Positions 54,901-64,000 of a DNA stretch of 64,000 nucleotides are shown here, in pieces (positions within the stretch are counted from its first letter, which is position 1; the number at the start of each line of letters is the position of its first letter). A program made the position numbers and the translations under genes. The notes below the pieces were generated by a model that was not told where the DNA came from, ran no database searches, and was given only the letters and a program-made list of their open reading frames with translations. This DNA comes from Auanema rhodensis (taxonomy: Eukaryota; Animalia; Nematoda), in contig OZ059898.1 of the NCBI GenBank assembly GCA_964057225.1, positions 18,972,001 through 19,036,000 on the forward strand, written 5' to 3'.

Positions 54901-56340
54901 GTCAAAATGTTTTTGGAAGCAATGTTGAGTGTACATGGAAACTCAACATACACTAATGCATCATTTTTCAAACGATCATAACTAATTTTTGTATTAAGCG
55001 TTTCTCAAAGTAGTATAGTGCATTCGATGCGGATTTTTAAGCTGCGTCGATCTGTGTTATCAGATTTGCGCTAGCTTAAAAATGCACCGAGATATCAACT
55101 GATATAAGTTCACACTTATATCCTCGATTTTCACCCTGAAGAATTAATTTTTTTGTTGAATAACATTGTCCATCGTCTTTGCCATAAAAAAAGGAATCTA
55201 AAAACATCTACTTTTTGCTAAATTATTTTGAAATTTTTTGAAAAAATTTTTGTCAAAATGTTTTTGGAAGCAATGTTGAGTGTACATGGAAACTCAACAT
55301 ACACTAATGCATCATTTTTCAAACGATCATAACTAATTTTTGTATTAAGCGTTTCTCAAAGTAGTATAGTGCATTCGATGCGGATTTTTAAGCTGCGTCG
55401 ATCTGTGTTATCAGATTTGCGCTAGCTTAAAAATGCACCGAGATATCAACTGATATAAGTTCACACTTATATCCTCGATTTTCACCCTGAAGAATTAATT
55501 TTTTTGTTGAATAACATTGTCCATCGTCTTTGCCTTAAAAAAAGGAATCTAAAAACATCTACTTTTTGCTAAATTATTTTGAAATTTTTTGAAAAAATTT
55601 TTGTCAAAATGTTTTTGGAAGCAATGTTGAGTGTACATGGAAACTCAACATACACTAATGCATCATTTTTCAAACGATCATAACTAATTTTTGTATTAAG
55701 CGTTTCTCAATGTAGTATAGTGCATTCGATGCGGATTTTTAAGCTGCGTCGATCTGTGTTATCAGATTTGCGCTAGCTTAAAAATGCACGGAGATATCAA
55801 CTGATATAAGTTCACACTTATATCCTCGATTTTCACCCTGAAGAATTAATTTTTTTGTTGAATAACATTGTCCATCGTCTTTGCCTTGAAAAAAGGAATC
55901 TAAAAACATCTACTTTTTGCTAAATTATTTTGAAATTTTTTGAAAAAATTTTTGTCAAAATGTTTTTGGAAGCAATGTTGAGTGTACATGGAAACTCAAC
56001 ATACACTAATGCATCATTTTTCAAACGATCATAACTAATTTTTGTATTGAGCGTTTCTCAAAGTAGTATAGTGCATTCGATGCGGATTTTTAAGCTGCGT
56101 CGATCTGTGTTATCAGATTTGCGCTAGCTTAAAAATGCACCGAGATATCAACTGATATAAGTTTACACTTATATCCTCGATTTTCACCCTGAAGAACTAA
56201 TTTTTTCGTTGAAAAACATTGTCCATCGTGTTTGCCTTGAAAAAAGGAATCTAAAAACATCTACTTTTTGCTAAATTATTTCGAAATTTTTCGAAAAAAT
56301 TTTTGTCAAAATGTTTTTGGAAGCAATGTTGAGTGTACAT

Positions 56341-59300
56341 GGAAACTCAACATACTCTAATGCATCATTTTTCAAACGATCATAACTAATTTTTGTATTA
56401 AGCGTTTCTCAAAGTAGTATAGTGCATTTGATGCGGATTTTTAAGCTGCGTCGATCTGTGTTATCAGATTTGCGCTAGCTTAAAAATGCACCGAGATATC
56501 AACTGATATAAGTTCACACTTATATCCTCGATTTTCACCCTGAAGAATTAATTTTTTTGTTGAATAACATTGTCCATCGTCTTTGCCTTGAAAAAAGGAA
56601 TCTAAAAACATCTACTTTTTGCTAAATTATTTTGAAATTTTTTGAAAAAATTTTTGTCAAAATGTTTTTGGAAGCAATGTTGAGTGTACATGGAAACTCA
56701 ACATACACTAATGCATCATTTTTCAAACGATCATAACTAATTTTTGTATTAAGCGTTTCTCAAAGTAGTATAGTGCATTCGATGCGGATTTTTAAGCTGC
56801 GTCGATCTGTGTTATCAGATTTGCGCTAGCTTAAAAATGCACCGAGATATCAACTGATATAAGTTTACACTTATATCCTCGATTTTCACCCTGAAGAATT
56901 AATTTTTTTGTTGAATAACATTGTCCATCGTCTTTGCCTTGAAAAAAGGAATCTAAAAACATCTACTTTTTGCTAAATTATTTTGAAATTTTTTGAAAAA
57001 ATTTTTGTCAAAATGTTTTTGGAAGCAATGTTGAGTGTACATGGAAACTCAACATACACTAATGCATCATTTTTCAAACGATCATAACTAATTTTTGTAT
57101 TAAGCGTTTCTCAAAGTAGTATAGTGCATTCGATGCGGATTTTTAAGCTGCGTCGATCTGTGTTATCAGATTTGCGCTAGCTGAAAAATGCACCGAGATA
57201 TCAACTGATATAAGTTTACACTTATATCCTCGATTTTCACCCTGAAGAATTAATTTTTTCGTTGAATAACATTGTCCATCGTCTTTGCCTTGAAAAAAGG
57301 AATCTAAAAACATCTTCTTTTTGCTAAATTATTCTGAAATTTTTTGAAAAAATTTTTGTCAAAATGTTTTTGGAAGCAATGTTGAGTGTACATGGAAACT
57401 CAACATACACTAATGCATCATTTTTCAAACGATCATAACTAATTTTTGTATTAAGCGTTTCTCAAAGTAGTATAGTGCATTTGATGCGGATTTTTAAGCT
57501 GCGTCGATCTGTGTTATCAGATTTGCGCTAGCTTAAAAATGCACCGAGATATCAACTGATATAAGTTTACACTTATATCCTCGATTTTCACCCTGAAGAA
57601 TTAATTTTTTTGTTGAATAACATTGTCCATCGTGTTTGCCTTGAAAAAAGGAATCTAAAAACATCTACTTTTTGCTAAATCATTTTGAAATTTTTTGAAA
57701 AAATTTTTGTCAAAATGTTTTTGGAAGCAATGTTGAGTGTACATGGAAACTCAACATACACTAATGCATCATTTTTCAAACGATCATAACTAATTTTTGT
57801 ATTAAGCGTTTCTCAAAGTAGTATAGTGCATTCGATGCGGATTTTTAAGCTGCGTCGATCTGTGTTATCAGATTTGCGCTAGCTTAAAAATGCACCGAGA
57901 TATCAACTGATATAAGTTTACACTTATATCCTCGATTTTCACCCTGAAGAACTAATTTTTTCGTTGAAAAACATTGTCCATCGTCTTTGCCTTGAAAAAA
58001 GGAATCTAAAAACATCTACTTTTTGCTAAATTATTTTGAAATTTTTTGAAAAAATTTTTGTCAAAATGTTTTTGGAAGCAATGTTGAGTGTACATGGAAA
58101 CTCAACATACACTAATGCATCATTTTTCAAACGATCATAACTAATTTTTGTATGAAGCGTTTCTCAAAGTAGTATAGTGCATTCGATGCGGATTTTTAAG
58201 CTGCGTCGATCTGTGTTATCAGATTTGCGCTAGCTGAAAAATGCACCGAGATATCAACTGATATAAGTTTACACTTATATCCTCGATTTTCACCCTGAAG
58301 AATTAATTTTTTCGTTGAATAACATTGTCCATCGTCTTTGCCTTGAAAAAAGGAATCTAAAAACATCTTCTTTTTGCTAAATTATTTTGAAATTTTTTGA
58401 AAAAAATTCTGTCAAAATGTTTTTGGAAGCAATGTTGAGTGTACATGGAAACTCAACATACACTAATGCATCATTTTTCAAACGATCATAACTAATTTTT
58501 GTATTAAGCGTTTCTCAAAGTAGTATAGTGCATTCGATGCGGATTTTTAAGCTGCGTCGATCTGTGTTATCAGATTTGCGCTAGCTTAAAAAATGCACCG
58601 AGATATCAACTGATATAAGTTTACACTTATATCCTCGATTTTCACCCTGAAGAACTAATTTTTTCGTTGAAAAACATTGTCCATCGTGTTTGCCTTGAAA
58701 AAAGGAATCTAAAAACATCTACTTTTTGCTAAATCATTTTGAAATTTTTCGAAAAAATTTTTGTCAAAATGTTTTTGGAAGCAATGTTGAGTGTACATGG
58801 AAACTCAACATACACTAATGCATCATTTTTCAAACGATCATAACTAATTTTTGTATTAAGCGTTTCTCAATGTAGTATAGTGCATTCGATGCGGATTTTT
58901 AAGCTGCGTCGATCTGTGTTATCAGATTTGCGCTAGCTTAAAAATGCACCGAGATATCAACTGATATAAGTTCACACTTATATCCTCGATTTTCACCCTG
59001 AAGAATTAATTTTTTTGTTGAATAACATTGTCCATCGTCTTTGCCTTGAAAATAGGAATCTAAAAACATCTACTTTTTGCTAAATTATTTTGAAATTTTT
59101 TGAAAAAATTTTTGTCAAAATGTTTTTGGAAGCAATGTTGAGTGTACATGGAAACTCAACATACACTAATGCATCATTTTTCAAACGATCATAACTAATT
59201 TTTGTATTAAGCGTTTCTCAAAGTAGTATAGTGCATTCGATGCGGATTTTTAAGCTGCGTCGATCTGTGTTATCAGATTTGCGCTAGCTTAAAAATGCAC

Positions 59301-62300
59301 CGAGATATCAACTGATATAAGTTCACACTTATATCCTCGATTTTCACCCTGAAGAATTAATTTTTTTGTTGAATAACATTGTCCATCGTCTTTGCCTTGA
59401 AAAAAGGAATCTAAAAACATCTACTTTTTGCTAAATTATTTTGAAATTTTTTGAAAAAATTTTTGTCAAAATGTTTTTGGAAGCAATGTTGAGTGTACAT
59501 GGAAACTCAACATACACTAATGCATCATTTTTCAAACGATCATAACTAATTTTTGTATTAAGCGTTTCTCAATGTAGTATAGTGCATTCGATGCGGATTT
59601 TTAAGCTGCGTCGATCTGTGTTATCAGATTTGCGCTAGCTTAAAAATGCACGGAGATATCAACTGATATAAGTTCACACTTATATCCTCGATTTTCACCC
59701 TGAAGAATTAATTTTTTTGTTGAATAACATTGTCCATCGTCTTTGCCTTGAAAAAAGGAATCTAAAAACATCTACTTTTTGCTAAATTATTTTGAAATTT
59801 TTTGAAAAAATTTTTGTCAAAATGTTTTTGGAAGCAATGTTGAGTGTACATGGAAACTCAACATACTCTAATGCATCATTTTTCAAACGATCATAACTAA
59901 TTTTTGTATTAAGCGTTTCTCAAAGTAGTATAGTGCATTTGATGCGGATTTTTAAGCTGCGTCGATCTGTGTTATCAGATTTGCGCTAGCTTAAAAATGC
60001 ACCGAGATATCAACTGATATAAGTTCACACTTATATCCTCGATTTTCACCCTGAAGAATTAATTTTTTTGTTGAATAACATTGTCCATCGTCTTTGCCTT
60101 GAAAAAAGGAATCTAAAAACATCTACTTTTTGCTAAATTATTTTGAAATTTTTTGAAAAAATTTTTGTCAAAATGTTTTTGGAAGCAATGTTGAGTGTAC
60201 ATGGAAACTCAACATACACTAATGCATCATTTTTCAAACGATCATAACTAATTTTTGTATTAAGCGTTTCTCAAAGTAGTATAGTGCATTCGATGCGGAT
60301 TTTTAAGCTGCGTCGATCTGTGTTATCAGATTTGCGCTAGCTTAAAAATGCACCGAGATATCAACTGATATAAGTTTACACTTATATCCTCGATTTTCAC
60401 CCTGAAGAATTAATTTTTTTGTTGAATAACATTGTCCATCGTCTTTGCCTTGAAAAAAGGAATCTAAAAACATCTACTTTTTGCTAAATTATTTTGAAAT
60501 TTTTTGAAAAAATTTTTGTCAAAATGTTTTTGGAAGCAATGTTGAGTGTACATGGAAACTCAACATACACTAATGCATCATTTTTCAAACGATCATAACT
60601 AATTTTTGTATTAAGCGTTTCTCAAAGTAGTATAGTGCATTCGATGCGGATTTTTAAGCTGCGTCGATCTGTGTTATCAGATTTGCGCTAGCTGAAAAAT
60701 GCACCGAGATATCAACTGATATAAGTTTACACTTATATCCTCGATTTTCACCCTGAAGAATTAATTTTTTCGTTGAATAACATTGTCCATCGTCTTTGCC
60801 TTGAAAAAAGGAATCTAAAAACATCTTCTTTTTGCTAAATTATTCTGAAATTTTTTGAAAAAATTTTTGTCAAAATGTTTTTGGAAGCAATGTTGAGTGT
60901 ACATGGAAACTCAACATACACTAATGCATCATTTTTCAAACGATCATAACTAATTTTTGTATTAAGCGTTTCTCAAAGTAGTATAGTGCATTTGATGCGG
61001 ATTTTTAAGCTGCGTCGATCTGTGTTATCAGATTTGCGCTAGCTTAAAAATGCACCGAGATATCAACTGATATAAGTTTACACTTATATCCTCGATTTTC
61101 ACCCTGAAGAATTAATTTTTTTGTTGAATAACATTGTCCATCGTGTTTGCCTTGAAAAAAGGAATCTAAAAACATCTACTTTTTGCTAAATCATTTTGAA
61201 ATTTTTTGAAAAAATTTTTGTCAAAATGTTTTTGGAAGCAATGTTGAGTGTACATGGAAACTCAACATACACTAATGCATCATTTTTCAAACGATCATAA
61301 CTAATTTTTGTATTAAGCGTTTCTCAAAGTAGTATAGTGCATTCGATGCGGATTTTTAAGCTGCGTCGATCTGTGTTATCAGATTTGCGCTAGCTTAAAA
61401 ATGCACCGAGATATCAACTGATATAAGTTTACACTTATATCCTCGATTTTCACCCTGAAGAACTAATTTTTTCGTTGAAAAACATTGTCCATCGTCTTTG
61501 CCTTGAAAAAAGGAATCTAAAAACATCTACTTTTTGCTAAATTATTTTGAAATTTTTTGAAAAAATTTTTGTCAAAATGTTTTTGGAAGCAATGTTGAGT
61601 GTACATGGAAACTCAACATACACTAATGCATCATTTTTCAAACGATCATAACTAATTTTTGTATGAAGCGTTTCTCAAAGTAGTATAGTGCATTCGATGC
61701 GGATTTTTAAGCTGCGTCGATCTGTGTTATCAGATTTGCGCTAGCTGAAAAATGCACCGAGATATCAACTGATATAAGTTTACACTTATATCCTCGATTT
61801 TCACCCTGAAGAATTAATTTTTTCGTTGAATAACATTGTCCATCGTCTTTGCCTTGAAAAAAGGAATCTAAAAACATCTTCTTTTTGCTAAATTATTTTG
61901 AAATTTTTTGAAAAAAATTCTGTCAAAATGTTTTTGGAAGCAATGTTGAGTGTACATGGAAACTCAACATACACTAATGCATCATTTTTCAAACGATCAT
62001 AACTAATTTTTGTATTAAGCGTTTCTCAAAGTAGTATAGTGCATTCGATGCGGATTTTTAAGCTGCGTCGATCTGTGTTATCAGATTTGCGCTAGCTTAA
62101 AAAATGCACCGAGATATCAACTGATATAAGTTTACACTTATATCCTCGATTTTCACCCTGAAGAACTAATTTTTTCGTTGAAAAACATTGTCCATCGTGT
62201 TTGCCTTGAAAAAAGGAATCTAAAAACATCTACTTTTTGCTAAATCATTTTGAAATTTTTCGAAAAAATTTTTGTCAAAATGTTTTTGGAAGCAATGTTG

Positions 62301-63010
62301 AGTGTACATGGAAACTCAACATACACTAATGCATCATTTTTCAAACGATCATAACTAATTTTTGTATTAAGCGTTTCTCAATGTAGTATAGTGCATTCGA
62401 TGCGGATTTTTAAGCTGCGTCGATCTGTGTTATCAGATTTGCGCTAGCTTAAAAATGCACCGAGATATCAACTGATATAAGTTCACACTTATATCCTCGA
62501 TTTTCACCCTGAAGAATTAATTTTTTTGTTGAATAACATTGTCCATCGTCTTTGCCTTGAAAATAGGAATCTAAAAACATCTACTTTTTGCTAAATTATT
62601 TTGAAATTTTTTGAAAAAATTTTTGTCAAAATGTTTTTGGAAGCAATGTTGAGTGTACATGGAAACTCAACATACACTAATGCATCATTTTTCAAACGAT
62701 CATAACTAATTTTTGTATTAAGCGTTTCTCAAAGTAGTATAGTGCATTCGATGCGGATTTTTAAGCTGCGTCGATCTGTGTTATCAGATTTGCGCTAGCT
62801 TAAAAATGCACCGAGATATCAACTGATATAAGTTCACACTTATATCCTCGATTTTCACCCTGAAGAATTAATTTTTTTGTTGAATAACATTGTCCATCGT
62901 CTTTGCCTTGAAAAAAGGAATCTAAAAACATCTACTTTTTGCTAAATTATTTTGAAATTTTTTGAAAAAATTTTTGTCAAAATGTTTTTGGAAGCAATGT
63001 TGAGTGTACA
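56341..63010. repeat. Tandem 10-monomer-offset (3511-bp) duplication in satellite B
   Basis: CATACTCTAA 56351/59862 and CTAGCTTAAAAAATG 58581/62092 are offset by 3511 = 10x351+1. GCATTTGATG, GCTGAAAAA, TATGAAGCG, AATTCTGTC and AAATAGG variants are shared in order. Confidence 0.92.
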
Positions 63011-64000
63011 TGGAAACTCAACATACACTAATGCATCATTTTTCAAACGATCATAACTAATTTTTGTATGAAGCGTTTCTCAAAGTAGTATAGTGCATTC
63101 GATGCGGATTTTTAAGCTGCGTCGATCTGTGTTATCAGATTTGCGCTAGCTTAAAAATGCACCGAGATATCAACTGATATAAGTTCACACTTATATCCTC
63201 GATTTTCACCCTGAAGAATTAATTTTTTCGTTGAATAACATTGTCCATCGTCTTTGCCTTGAAAAAAGGAATCTAAAAACATCTTCTTTTTGCTAAATCA
63301 TTTTGAAATTTTTCGAAAAAATTTTTGTCAAAATGTTTTTGGAAGCAATGTTGAGTGTACATGGAAACTCAACATACACTAATGCATCATTTTTCAAACG
63401 ATCATAACTAATTTTTGTATTAAGCGTTTCTCAATGTAGTATAGTGCATTCGATGCGGATTTTTAAGCTGCGTCGATCTGTGTTATCAGATTTGCGCTAG
63501 CTTAAAAATGCACCGAGATATCAACTGATATAAGTTCACACTTATATCCTCGATTTTCACCCTGAAGAATTAATTTTTTTGTTGAATAACATTGTCCATC
63601 GTCTTTGCCTTGAAAATAGGAATCTAAAAACATCTACTTTTTGCTAAATTATTTTGAAATTTTTTGAAAAAATTTTTGTCAAAATGTTTTTGGAAGCAAT
63701 GTTGAGTGTACATGGAAACTCAACATACACTAATGCATCATTTTTCAAACGATCATAACTAATTTTTGTATTAAGCGTTTCTCAAAGTAGTATAGTGCAT
63801 TCGATGCGGATTTTTAAGCTGCGTCGATCTGTGTTATCAGATTTGCGCTAGCTTAAAAATGCACCGAGATATCAACTGATATAAGTTCACACTTATATCC
63901 TCGATTTTCACCCTGAAGAATTAATTTTTTTGTTGAATAACATTGTCCATCGTCTTTGCCTTGAAAAAAGGAATCTAAAAACATCTACTTTTTGCTAAAT

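Larger units (their letters stand above)
31011..64000. repeat. Satellite DNA array B, 351-bp monomer, head-to-tail (runs off the right edge of the window)
   Basis: GTGTACATGG at 31060, 31411, 31762 and 32113 gives a period of 351. CATCTAC at 31336 and 63982 are 93x351+3 apart, accounted for by three 1-bp insertions (~40241, ~58591, ~62101). Rich in A/T tracts. Confidence 0.99.

Noticed and set aside
1-64000. CRISPR array suggested by regularly spaced palindromes
   Set aside because: Sequence between the palindromes is as repeated as the palindromes. There are no unique spacers, leader or cas genes, and the periods are far too long.
1-64000. Assignment to a named satellite family (e.g. Drosophila 359-bp/1.688, Tribolium TCAST, Arabidopsis CEN178, Apis AluI 176-bp) or to tandem 5S/tRNA/snRNA genes
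   Set aside because: Only the lengths are similar and I recognise no sequence match. The A consensus has no AGCT site, and I see no Pol III A/B/C boxes or cloverleaf. A database search is needed.

Overview
The window contains no genes. It is AT-rich, eukaryotic-type satellite DNA made of two head-to-tail tandem arrays that abut directly. Satellite A (1-31001) has a 176-bp monomer of ~32% GC, with 176 full copies (15 carry a 1-bp deletion) plus a 40-bp partial copy. Satellite B (31011-64000) has a 351-bp monomer, with one internally deleted 325-bp copy, 93 full copies and a 19-bp partial copy. They are joined by a 9-nt linker, and the first B copy carries two small deletions. Rare shared variants reveal nested higher-order duplications: a ~15-kb super-repeat plus 2-, 5-, 16- and 17-mer steps in A, and 2-, 4-, 10-, 12- and 14/15-mer steps with a three-zone variant layering in B. 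Both monomers are dense in dyad symmetry. A carries three phased ACGTGA (E-box/bHLH-PAS-like) motifs. B carries several strong hairpins and a degenerate hammerhead-ribozyme-like arrangement. The seven 60-aa ORFs are artefacts of a TAG>CAG variant in A. I cannot identify the organism or the satellite families from sequence alone.
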